NCBI GenBank assembly: GCA_002104905.1
Contig: MCFE01000094.1
Coordinates: 62,001 to 126,000, forward strand
Direction of reading: 5' to 3'
Length of the DNA stretch: 64,000 nt
Source: Basidiobolus meristosporus CBS 931.73
Lineage: Eukaryota; Fungi; Basidiobolomycota
Shown here: positions 49,114 through 60,413 of the stretch, piece after piece
Position numbering within the stretch: the stretch's first letter is position 1
Layout: every line of letters starts with the position of its first letter
Made by a program: the position numbers and the translations under genes
Notes under the pieces: model-generated
What the model was told of the DNA's origin: nothing
Seen by the model: the letters and a program-made list of their open reading frames with translations, nothing else
Databases searched by the model: none

Positions 49114-49819
49114 GTGTGCATGCCAAGGACCCAGAGCGTCACCGTCCTCAAGGAATCGATGAAGTGATTTAACCGAGCCCACTTGGGCCAACAATCCAGA
49201 CGAAACGGCCATCCAATGGGATGCCAACGAAATTTCCTTTGTAGTTTTAAGTTGATAGTCTTTTCATTCTCAAGTAAATACAAACATGTAGTTCAGTGAA
49301 ATTTCCGTTAATCTTCTTTTCTTTACGCCTCACAGATGGCTTTATTCCTACTTGTATTCAACTCCCGTCACTTAATCCGTCGATTCTCTATCCGTCCTCA
49401 AATCAACTGTTAACAATAAATCCAGAAATCTCCTCAAAGTTGGTCTGACGCGGGTGAATGTTGACCAAGGATGACTCGACGCATAACTCGCTAGGCTATT
49501 GGTATTCGGGCCATCTGGAAGTTCCACTTTCTCATTGAACTGTTATTTTAATCTTTTTTACTTTCACACCAGCTGATCGGTCCTCGGTGGCCATTGAGTG
49601 TTATTTTTATGACTGTCAATACTGCTGGAGTGACTCACATCGTGACGTGCCATGTCATATTGAAGTTTCCAGTTAAAATATTCACTTTAATCATATTTGT
49701 ATTGTTCATTGGTGTCTAGTCATACTAGATTTAAAATCCGTTACTTTATACAGCAAATTTATAGAAATGATAATGCGCTAGAAATCAACGAAGCCAAACA
49801 TCAATCCACGACATCATCC

Positions 49820-50883
49820 TTATTCATGATCTTCCAACAAGCCTTGTTGTTCAGGTCTAGCATCCTTGGTAATCTTAGAGGATAACGATTTCTCGTTTTT
49901 GGACAAATGGTCGGGCAAAAATGAAGCGTTTTGTTCTGTATCTCCGCGAGCTTGTCTTCTCAAATTTTTGAGGCGCAAGAAGAGAAGAGTTGGAAGGGCG
50001 AACAAGAACACGATAACGGCAACAATGCTCATCCAAATCAAAGCAAAGAATTGAAGTCCACCAACATGCTCATTTGCCCAGTTTTCGACCTTCTCAACCG
50101 CATCATAGTACCAGCGTTCGAAAGACTCGGCCGCACTATTGAGATAAGCTTGGATACTCTTAATAGCGCGTGACAGACGTCTTCCGCCACAACCGTGTGT
50201 GGGTACGTTTTGTTCGTCGTCTAGTTCCGAGAACGGCATCCAAGGTTGGTTTCCTTCGGGTCGATAATACACCTTATCGAGTGGTAGCTTGTTAGGGGGA
50301 TAGACCGTAATATCGCCATTTTCTGGTAGGTCAATTACAACCTGAACCACCTCATCCTGTGCGACGCTCTTATCCAAAACTTGAGTTTGTAAGACCACAC
50401 GAGGGACAAATAGGTCTTGGTCTTCATCATATTCAACATCGGCCCAGGCGTACATCTTTACAGGAAGTAAGTCCGGTGATTGATTCATCAGCTCTGCCTC
50501 ATAAAGATCGACTTTATCATCAACATCGATGGCATACACAGGGACGTTACGATAGAACATTGGACCTTCATCAATCAACTAATAAGATAAAATTGGTTAA
50601 CAATAGCCGGCAGCCAAAATATTGATTAGAGAGGTACCTGTCTTTCGTCAATCTTCAAGTTCAAGGCCAGTATACGAGCTTGCCCTGAGAAGTCACCGTT
50701 TTCATCCACAACCTGGTCGATTTGATTAATGGAGATAGCAAGAACTTTGGTTTTTGGAGACACATGCAGGGTTTCCACATTCACGGTTAAATCTTCAACA
50801 AAATACTCATCCAAGGGAAAGGAATTCACCAGCAACAAGGACGAGAGAAGGAAGAAAAAAAGAAGCTTTAACTTCGATATCAT
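49820..50883 (-). CDS. Uncharacterised secretory-pathway single-pass membrane protein (~334 aa); exons 50883-50638 and 50578-49820
   Basis: Signal peptide MISKLKLLFFFLLSSLLLVNS; 59-bp GT-AG intron; acidic luminal region; C-terminal TM FFALIWMSIVAVIVFLFALPTLLFL; basic-acidic tail. Confidence 0.8.
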
Positions 50884-51865
50884 GGCTTAGTGGAAGATAG
50901 TACGGAAAGCGTAGTCACAGACTGTGTTTTATAATCAAGTAATTTGGGAATAAATACAGGTAGAGGTTAAAATGGATGAAGTACAAGGGAATTACAACGG
51001 AGGCGGCTATTTAAGCCGTAGGAATGTGCGTCATCTTAATCATCCCAAACTGGATTCCCCGATAATGAAATCACCTTGCAATGGCTGCGTAACTTTTCAA
51101 TGGTCAGTTGCGTTTACCGTATGGAGCCGATTGTCTCATAAAAGATCCCTGAGCCAATCGATTCTTCACCCTTTGATAATAATAAGAGACCGACATTTCC
51201 GTTATCATTTCATTATGCAAGATCCCCTTGATTCTATCGCTCAAGCAAACCACCCAAGAAATGATGAAATTAATTAGGATCAGATCCTCAGTCCAATCAT
51301 CGAGTCAGCTGATGATTCATGTTCTCAGCGCTGCGGTGGATTAACCCTGTGTGGTGATTGTGATCTGAAGTGCATCTATTGTTCGAGCGTATGCAAACAA
51401 TGCATGGAGCGCTATTGCAGAGGAAGAATGGCAACTGCGCATTGAACGACTTGGACTCACTACTCGCTTGAATGCAATCAATGATCAGGATCCAAAAACA
51501 GAGAGCAGGTCTTTGTCACGACTGGGTTGTACTCGCAAGCCTGATCAAGGCGAACTGCAATACTGACTACAGGAATGTGGCAACCACTGATGGCAAGAGG
51601 ATGATCTCAGCGCGGCCGATTTCCTAAGAATGGCCGAGCTAAAGGCAAGATGCGCTTACCTTTCAATTATTTTGCTCTTGTGAAGCAAGACAGCAGTGTG
51701 TTTGGCCAATGATTGTGATGAGCTCTCTTGAAATCAATATTGCTACATCGATTGAAAACCTGTCAAGACTTGTTTGAAGCGCCGTAGTGGTGAGTCGTCA
51801 TGTCTCACGATATCGAGGTTCAACTTATATAATCATAGGGAACGATGGTGGATCCTTCAGTCAAC

Positions 51866-52527
51866 ATGAGTTTGATGGATAACTTCTACTTTCTGGCATT
51901 CTTGCTAGTTCTCGCAGGAATTGCAATCGCAATACAATCAGGTTAAGATATACCATTTGGTTAGCTTACTTAACTATCAAATTGACTCGATCTTAGGGAG
52001 CAACAGTACTATGGGGAGGATCGCTGGCAAAACGTTCTCCTCCGTGAATTCCTTTATCACAGGCTTGATTCCACTGTTCATCGTCTTCTTGATAGAAAGC
52101 AAAGGAGTCACCAAGACGATGGTTACCGCCGAATCCGTAGCACGTAAGTCATCTTATGCTCCGCACCTGAAACATCTTTATTGAACCGATGACTCTTTCT
52201 GGAGATGTCCCCTGGTGGGGTTGGATTGGGGGAATGCTGGGAACGATCTATGTATTATCCCAGATCTTTGTGGTGCCCAAAATTGGGGCCGCCAACTTCA
52301 CCGGAGTTCTCGTGTCCACACAATTAACCACTGCCGTATTAATGGATAACTGGGGGATTGTTGGAGTCCCTCAGAGAAGCTTGACTCTCTATCGAGGCCT
52401 TGGTCTTGCCGGATTACTCATCAGCGTATTTGTGATCACGCAAAGTGCCGGTGCGCCGCAGACCGCCCCTAAAGAAGAAACCGTAGTTGACTTGGAAGAG
52501 AAAAAGACGAATATCAGCGAAGCATAA
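51866..52527 (+). CDS. Small DMT-superfamily transporter, YdcZ/DUF606-like; exons 51866-51941, 51997-52143, 52205-52527
   Basis: LAGIAIAIQSG.NS..G....S.NSFITG; PWWGWIGGMLG; PKIGAA.FT..LVSTQL..AVLMDNWG. About five TM helices; two introns. Confidence 0.82.
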
Positions 52528-53248
52528 GCATAAGCATCCCCTCCTCTAGTATCGCAGAATGTAAATACCATAACACGCCAGATTTTGCTTTTGCATTTTC
52601 TTGCCTGAATGAAAGAGACACACCAAATCAACCTCTTCTATTATTGAATTGATTTTGTTGGATTTAGAAGCTCTAGGAACCTCAGCCTAAATGGTTAAAT
52701 TATTATCGTGGTGGGGACCATGATGGATTGCCGTTGTGGAACATAGAGGATTAAATAATGGCGGGGACCTCACATCGGTCGCTGTTTGCCGAAGAGGATA
52801 GGCCGGTTTCTGAGGTCATTTCCGAAACGGATTCACTACAGATCTTGGGTGAATGATCGAAGAATGGACCGACCAGGATCGAAGGCGAAGGCGGTGGTGT
52901 ACCCAGTCTCGCCGGTCCTTTTCCTACTAAACGGATGTCTCGAAAAATCTAGCCATTGGGCGTGGCTGAAATGACAGGGGTATCGCCCATTATGCCTAAG
53001 CCTCGAAAATCAGAAATTTTCTCACGAGGCCAATGTATTGCAATACAAGCCTGATACAATGGAGCAGCGACAGCTAATGAATATGATTTAACCGAACTGG
53101 AGCAATCTGAATTTCCCACATCGACGGCCTCCACTAAGCCATCCCACATGATACACCCAAGCTACCAAAAGCCACTCCTTCAAATATATATACTTCCAGG
53201 AATCGACTTGTTTCATTTGATTTTAATACTCAGCTCAACATTAGTCCC

Positions 53249-53896
53249 ATGTCTCTACGTGCAATTTATGGCAGTTTGAACCAAACTTTCGGCCTGGTTA
53301 CTAAGAGGTCTGCCCCAGTTCTTTCGGTGGCTGCTCGTCTCTCGACCTCAGTCACTCCACCAAAGGTAATTGGATTCACGGAAGCTATATACTATATATT
53401 CCAGATTTAACGAAGGAAACTTAGGATTCGGCGGTATGGAAGTTGGGTCATCTCAACCACGTCGCCATCGCCGTTCCAGATCTAGAGCAATCCACCAAGT
53501 TTTATCGGGACACCTTGGGCGCCGAAGTCAGTGAAAAGATGGTCAGTACACTACCGCCACTCCTTTCCCCGTAGGCCTGTGTTAATATATCTTTAGCCTC
53601 AACCAGAGCACGGTGTCTATACAGTCTTCGTTCAACTAGGAAACACGAAGATTGAGTTGCTGCACCCTCTCGGAGAAAAAAGCCCTATCCAAAACTTCCT
53701 TGACAAGAACAAAAATGGAGGAATCCACCACGTATGCATCGAGGTAGATAATATTAAGAATGCTATGGCAGACCTCGTGGGTAAGAAGATCCGAACCCTA
53801 TCGAGCGAGCCAAAGATTGGAGCGCATGGCAAGCCTGTGGTATTCCTGCATCCTAAAGATTGCGGTGGAGTGTTGGTAGAACTGGAGCAGAAATAA
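53249..53896 (+). CDS. MCEE: Methylmalonyl-CoA epimerase, mitochondrial; exons 53249-53365, 53425-53541, 53597-53896
   Basis: Mitochondrial-type presequence; LNHVAIAVPDL; PEHGVYTVFV.LGNTKIELLHP; GGIHHVCIEVD; IGAHGKPV.FLHPKDCGGVLVELEQ. Confidence 0.95.
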
Positions 53897-54343
53897 GTTT
53901 ACTCCATGTGTTCAAGCCAACGTTCCTTGTGGACATTCATTACCCCATAAGCACCAAGAGTTCCGTCATTCTCGTATAGTCATACTGAAATCACATCATT
54001 AAAATGCCCATTGCATCTATGCCTATTTTGCTGTCAGTGTTATTGGCATACTGGACCCTCATGATGTGTAGAAGACTGGCTCCCAAAAAGGAAGCTCGCC
54101 ACCCCCAAAGTAGAATCCGGCTTGGTTGGCACTTGTTCACAGGCAATAGGGCTGTATATATATATGGATGAATGTAAGACTACGTGATAGAACGACTTAT
54201 TTATAATTGGTGAGACATGGTATGTAAACAAGAGGGTAGCAGATAACAACTGGTTGCAAAGAGTTCACGTACAACGCCTCTAGAAAAGAATTAGTGATGT
54301 AACGGTGATTAGACAGATATCTACTATGGAGTACTGCATAGAT

Positions 54344-56825
54344 CTAGATTCGGTTCATTATAGCTACCGAGGCTAAAAAGACAACTAGCTTGAAGGCTGG
54401 CGAAGATGTAAACCTAGGTAACTCGAAGAAACCCTCACTTTCCTCCACATTTTCTTCGCTCAACAACCCCGTAGTGGCTTCAGAGGTATCTTGCTTACGG
54501 GTAGGCTTTTTGGTGCTACATATCCAACTGGTTAGTTCCCCAGTCACCCCAGCCAGAATATGGGAAAGAAAGACGAAAACTGTTGACATTATGATGAAGT
54601 TCAACCAAAAGAGGTTTGGTGAGTCGAAGATAGTGAGCAACCCTTTTGTGTCTGCTGCTAACCACATGTGGAACTGGCATAGGAAGGTTTCCAGAGAGCA
54701 TTTCCCGAAGAATAAGAAGAATTGTGACGTGGTTTTTCGTAGTCTCTCCGTTGCATTTCTAAGGATAACAAATGCCAGGATCGGGAGCCATGAGACATAT
54801 GGATGGTAGCGGTTGTATTCAAATTTACTTGAACGGCTGAGCTCAAACCAGAAGAACCATACGATTGTCACCACCGAGAAGACGACAGCGTACCTTCTAA
54901 TGGATCGCCAGTGTGGGTGTTCGTGGAATTGATACTCGTGGTATTTGATGTTCAGGAAGGCGACCAGCATCCCGATGAACACTATCCATATGTCCAACCC
55001 CATTCTGAACCGCCACTCGTTGGCGGACCACCCAGTGCAGTTGAACACGACTCCCAAAAACCGAAACAGAGCCTCCAGAACGCCAGGAGTGTATACAACT
55101 GCATGGCAAGCCAGGGCTGAGAGGGCGATCTTGACCAACAAGAATCCAGTGTTCTTGTTGTATTGGCAGAATAGAAACATTGAGAAGTAAATGACAATAA
55201 ACCACACGGTGACCAGCGGTGAGAAATAGTAGGACAGATAGGTTGTGTTCATGGCGTAGGTCATGAAAAATGTCAGAAGGTTCAGCCGAACAAGGACGCT
55301 AAGAACACGGCTCAGGCCAAAATCGCCTTTCTTGTAGAAGAAAACGAAATGGCCGTAACCAGTCATGAACAAATAGGACGCGACAAGGATCCTGACCGGG
55401 TTGTATATTCCTGAAACTCCAGATGCGCCAACATAATGGTATATTAGGATGACAATCTGCATCCAGCCTTTCCATTCGTCGGTTTGGAAGCGATTCAAGA
55501 ATGATGAATCCTCCTTTTCTTGGAGAGTACAGTAAGCCACCAAAAGCGTCAAAAGGGTCAGCACCGTAAACGTTATTCCACTGAACATTTTGTGCACTTT
55601 TCCGAATAATGCCGTTCTATCGCATAGAAATAGGTATAAGATACTAATGCCGAACGTGACCAAGGCCCATAGGATAGGTGAGCTAGGCAAGAATGTGTTG
55701 ACCACCCGTCGTGATCTATCCTTGAACGAGTTCGCTGATGAAGTGGACCGTTAGTGACCTTTGAGCTGCATTATGGATCAGAAAAGGATGCTTACCATAT
55801 TTTCTTAGCAGTAAGCCCATTGGTATCAGAACAATGAACACTCCCCATACAAGAAATTGCTGAGGGTTAGGAAGCGGATACTGATAGCAGCAAGTGGTGG
55901 TCAAGGGAGGCGTCTCCGATAGCAATTGGCCGTTGCAACGGAAGTTGAATAGGATATCTGATGCTATATCAGTCACCTTGTTCGAGTAATGCAATCCATC
56001 TTCTGTCTCTGTAGGTGCTAGTTGGGACATCTTGTCCCACGCGTAAGGAATAGTTAAATGCCCCTGGTAATTCTTGAGATACGAATTCATTTGGTCAACA
56101 CCGTCAGGGGTAATTGTGGCCCTGCGGTCTGAGTTCAGTTTGTCGTAGTTCGGGGTGAGGACAGGCGACAGGATGAAGGCCAGAGGGCTACTTTGGACTT
56201 GGTTTGCGATGCGATCGATCTGTGATTTCCACAAGTTGAAACTATCGTCTACATAACGGAGGTACCAGAGTCCAGTCCCAGCAACCAAAGTATCAACATT
56301 GGAGTTGGCAGAGCCACCTGATATTATCTCCTCCACTTTGCTGGTGTTGAGATATGAGTCCCAGATGAAATCGACAATGATATCTTTGGATTTGTCTTCG
56401 TAGCGTAAGTCCGCATGAACCTTTTCACCAAACTTTCGTGTAGGGTTCAGCCGTCTGACCACCGCAAAAAATAGGTTTCGAACGATAGAATCGCCTGCGA
56501 ATACTATGCGAGAACCCTCCATACACTTGATACTATCGTTCGTGGAATATTGATGCATCATACAGCCTCTCGGCTGCCATTTTCCATGGTTGGAGTCTAG
56601 CCAGTAGCCAGAATCAAGCATGTTGTTGCAACTGTCTTGCGTAGCTGTTTCGTAAAGAAAAGGTTGGTATGAAGGGAAACACGGTGGTCAAAAGGGGTAG
56701 ACCGAATTCTTACTTGAGAAGGACGCCAAAAATGAAAATAGCAATACGGCCGCTAGCACCCACCAACAGGTAACTTCGACCGTCTCCCAGCGCCAAGACC
56801 ATTTCGAAAACTTCTCTTGTGCCAT
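54344..56825 (-). CDS. CAS1: Cas1p/CASD1-family glycan O-acetyltransferase (SGNH domain plus multi-TM); exons 56825-56714, 56644-55796, 55734-54344
   Basis: GDSIVRNLF and DGLHY catalytic motifs; FLNRFQTDEWKGWMQ, IYHY.GAS, YLFMTGYGHF, EW.FR..LD, SLETF..QFH.WLAAD. Two GT-AG introns. Not CRISPR Cas1. Confidence 0.93.
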
Positions 56826-58537
56826 AATCTGGTAGTGTTGTCAAGATGCTTTACCACCGTGAGAGAAAGGTTAAATCCTTCAAGATGCAATGCGATCAGG
56901 AGTAAAAAACGATGCCTTTACACCATGGCCAATCAGCATGCCAATGGTATTTAAATAATCATGTACTACGCTTCAAGACCTGAAATCCTTGCAGGACGCT
57001 TGGGTTTTCAGAGCAATGTGTTTCCTGTACCATTCTTCAGGCCTGAGCCATCCAATCACCTAAGCGTATGACTGTGAAGATTCCACTCGACCAATCTATT
57101 CCCTCTTTTGGTGGCCTTGGTAACTGGGTTGACGAGTTACATTATCAACCGATTAATTAGTGCTTCAAACCTAATGAGGGTCACTCCGTTGTAACTCGCG
57201 CAGCTTATCAGACATCGATTGAGCTGATGAGCAAATGCACTATATCGCACTGGAATTACCGATTTCTCCGACAGATGTCGATTCCGTCCAGGATGGTTAC
57301 ATTCGGTGCAGTCAATTACCTGCCCCTATTTGAGCCAGTTCCTGTACCGATGAAGCAGAATCGGCAAATCCACCTGGACCCACTGGTATTCTAACCCTTG
57401 GCCGTTGATAACTCGGGTTAGATGCTCTTAAGACCAGGAAGGGGGCAATGTCACCTCTGCATCCCACAGGGCAAGGTTAAAGGAGATTTAATGATTTTGT
57501 GTAGCCAATGTTGTTGCGCAGTTTCATATACGGCTTAGCATGACGGCGTTTATAGCAATAGCTGAATCGATTTGTTGATATTCACACCCCAGTGTAACGG
57601 TGCGAGTTCCCTGAGCGGAGGAACATTAGGGAGGGCGAATTGAACTCCTGGTCAGTGGGCAGTGGCAAACCGTGGTGCACTTGCATCCCATCTGATCCAT
57701 TGAGGATGGGTGTTAGTTGCCCCGCACTCCCTTACCCGACGGGAAACACTGATCGGCAACAACGACTAAGGAGCAGAAGCATCTTGACGTAATCGTGAAT
57801 GCCCAGCGCCTTAGGCGAGCTGCTAGTCACGGTGGCAGAGATAAGCACGAAGTTGATACAAAAGGCGAATTAAGCTTAATGGGAGCCAATTGCCTGAATC
57901 GCTGGATTATCGAAAAATCCCCAGCCAAATTCAATTATGCTTAAACCTCAACGATACGACGGCCCTCTCCTCATGGTCCCCATTGCCACCCATGTTCCCA
58001 TCAGTATGATTCAGTGAACAAGAATTGATTGCCTGATTTAGGAAGCCATCGTAAGTCTAGAGCAGTGGGGAATGTTGAGTCAGTCGGCTTACACAGAGTA
58101 ATACCCATGAATCAGCCAATCGCCAGATGGAAAGCCCATATCTACTAGGATATTGGGGTCCGACTATATTAATGAATTTGAATCCGGTGGCAACCATTGA
58201 TTGCCGTGGAAGAATTCAAAGATTCAACCCAATAAGGTCAGGTGCTTGGCTGTGTACAATCATGGAAATCGGTGTAGCATAAAATCACTTTCATTTCCAT
58301 AACTAACAACACTTCGCAGGTAGCCTTGTGACAGGTAGGAATGCAAGTCCTATCTAGGCTGAGCGATGCCCTCTTCATTACTTCATGTTTGGCGAGGGCA
58401 TCCCATCGAACGGTCTGGATCAACTGAAGACTTTTATTTTTAAGCACTAGTGGGCACATCCGTTTCCCTTCATCGTCCTGTGCCCTGCCCTTTGTCCATC
58501 TTCGCCATCCCTTCCCACCCCGCTCCTTTCTATCGCT

Positions 58538-58756
58538 ATGCGTACACCAACTCTAGATACCCAAAACTACTACCCCGTTCCCGGCGTCAAATCCCACAAA
58601 AAACTCAAGCGCAATGTACTCTCTCAGGAACAGAAGGAGCGGCAAATCGCCCGACAGGCCTTACTCTTAGAAGCCGAGAAACACGAGTCTGAGGATGAAC
58701 ATGAGGAGGATACTGGGTGTGCTGGTCTATGTCATAATAAGAACTTGGATTGGTGA
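58538..58756 (+). CDS. Small hypothetical protein, 72 aa
   Basis: ATG after a pyrimidine-rich leader; basic segment, predicted helix QEQKERQIARQALLLEAEK, acidic run, Cys pair near the C-terminus. No family recognised. Confidence 0.5.
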   Translation: MRTPTLDTQNYYPVPGVKSHKKLKRNVLSQEQKERQIARQALLLEAEKHESEDEHEEDTGCAGLCHNKNLDW

Positions 58757-59033
58757 ACAACCGTCCTAGTAACATCCCTCTCGTTGTATATTTCCTACCT
58801 AATCTCATCGATGCAATAATAGAAATCATAAACCAATCCGCCCCTTGGCCGGGCTGCGGAGCTGACATCCTCTTCCTTTGCAAGGCCGCTGCCACATTTT
58901 ACAGTTCACCATCAGCGTTCATCCTTACAGTTCGACTTATCACCTTAGCAGTGATTCTCCATCTCAATTCTATGTGTGTTTATTAACGGTTCCGTATGAA
59001 TGGTAATTAATAAATGGGTTCGCCACCTTGCCC

Positions 59034-60413
59034 TTAAAATATCCCTGACTCATCCAGGCTTTTCTCCCGTAATTTGACGAACCTAGGATAGGTGTGTCTG
59101 TACATAAGATTCCTTACCTCACACAAGGCTGAGTCGAAAATGTCCGGCGTGATGGTCTTCTCTTGGAAATGCCGGTGGATCGCTTTGACGGTTGATGCCT
59201 CGAGGTTCAACTGAAATTCAGATTGTGCGGAGATGAACGTGTGGTAGATACTGTTTATCTCTAGCAAAAGGTCGGCTCTGAGGACCCCCTTTTCGTTCGT
59301 CGCCTGTTTGCTGTTCACCCGAAGCCTTATACACCTTTCGTAGAAGAGAGCGTTCTCCACGCTGAAGTCTCTCATCGAGAAATGCTTGAAAAGTTCGAAT
59401 TGCGTCGAGTCGCCCAGCATGGATTCAAAACTCGCCAGGCTGACCTTACTCTGCTTGTTCAAAGTTCCACGTATGGCGTCGACGATCGGCAACACGATGC
59501 TGAAGATGTGGCTCAACATCAACGCGATCACACACCAGTGGGCCGCAGGAAAAACTTGGTTGAATTCTCGGAAGAGTGGTATGGCAGCGAAAATGATATA
59601 AAGAAGGAAGGAGGCGACGCCTACCGCGAAGTCTGCCATCAGCTCTCTCTTGATGCCATACGCATCATTTACCAACTTGAGCCACGAGATAAAGATGGGG
59701 CATATAACAAACACGTAGAATCCGCAAGTCAGGAAGATCGGGGCGAACTCCCAGCCCACAAGACAGTTTCCTCGAGCCACGGTGGGAAGGATGGCGAATT
59801 TGGTGCTGAACGATTGAGCAAGCCCAGTGAGAGCGGCTTGGAGCAATATCCCGAGCACTATGAACTTGAATGTCGCCTTGGTAGTGAACTTGGACCGATG
59901 CCGGTAGTACCAGTTCTCATCCAGAGCCGTGGTCGGAATGAGTGGTGCCGGTTGCTGTTGGGACACGAACGTCTTTTGCAGAGAATTCAGGTTCACCAGA
60001 TTTCGATCCTCGCCATGCTCAGTGCAGATGCCAGCTAGCTCGCCATTAACCGAGTTGTTGGATCCTGCCATCAATTTCGCCTGGCTGAAATGATACAGAA
60101 ACGCAAGGCGGAGGAATCTCCCCGCTACTGCCAACAGCCATAGCGGCATCATGATGGAAGATACCCAGAGGCTAATATAGCAAGGGAACTCATTTATCCA
60201 GGGCTCACGGCCCAAATACAGTGTGGTGATTGCGGAGTTCGCAAGGACCATGCACAATGATAGCAATACCCCTCGATATCGGATGGAGGGAGAGCGGTAC
60301 CATATTAGATAGAGGGCAGTGGTTAGAATCAAGAAGCTATTCCATCCCAAAGCAAATAGAATGTAAATCTTTTCTTTGGGAGACCAGCTTTGGAAATCCA
60401 CAGCAAATGGCAT
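59034..60413 (-). CDS. 7TM-RGS protein (seven hydrophobic segments plus C-terminal RGS domain), intronless, ~459 aa
   Basis: Seven TM-like stretches; RGS core FELFKHFSMRDFSVENALFY..IYHTFI...EFQLNL..IFDSA..EV..LMYRHTYPRF. First ATG is at 60413 (the ORF track starts at a GTG). Confidence 0.9.
   Translation of the reverse strand: MPFAVDFQSWSPKEKIYILFALGWNSFLILTTALYLIWYRSPSIRYRGVLLSLCMVLANSAITTLYLGREPWINEFPCYISLWVSSIMMPLWLLAVAGRFLRLAFLYHFSQAKLMAGSNNSVNGELAGICTEHGEDRNLVNLNSLQKTFVSQQQPAPLIPTTALDENWYYRHRSKFTTKATFKFIVLGILLQAALTGLAQSFSTKFAILPTVARGNCLVGWEFAPIFLTCGFYVFVICPIFISWLKLVNDAYGIKRELMADFAVGVASFLLYIIFAAIPLFREFNQVFPAAHWCVIALMLSHIFSIVLPIVDAIRGTLNKQSKVSLASFESMLGDSTQFELFKHFSMRDFSVENALFYERCIRLRVNSKQATNEKGVLRADLLLEINSIYHTFISAQSEFQLNLEASTVKAIHRHFQEKTITPDIFDSALCEVRNLMYRHTYPRFVKLREKSLDESGIF

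Noticed and set aside
51781-51826. tRNA-like A-box (GCCGTAGTGGT) and B-box (GGTTCAACT)
   Set aside because: No acceptor, anticodon or T-stem pairing can be formed.
54344-56825. CRISPR connection via the name Cas1
   Set aside because: This is the eukaryotic capsule-synthesis CAS1 acetyltransferase; no repeat-spacer array or cas genes are in the window.
18000-58000. ApT 6mA promoter clusters typical of some early-diverging fungi
   Set aside because: Cannot be assessed from unmodified sequence; needs SMRT or nanopore modification data.
59382-60038. 218-aa plus-strand ORF, and similar overlapping ORFs at 54390-54809, 47634-47921 and 19128-19340
   Set aside because: Antisense shadows of real genes; no recognisable motifs.
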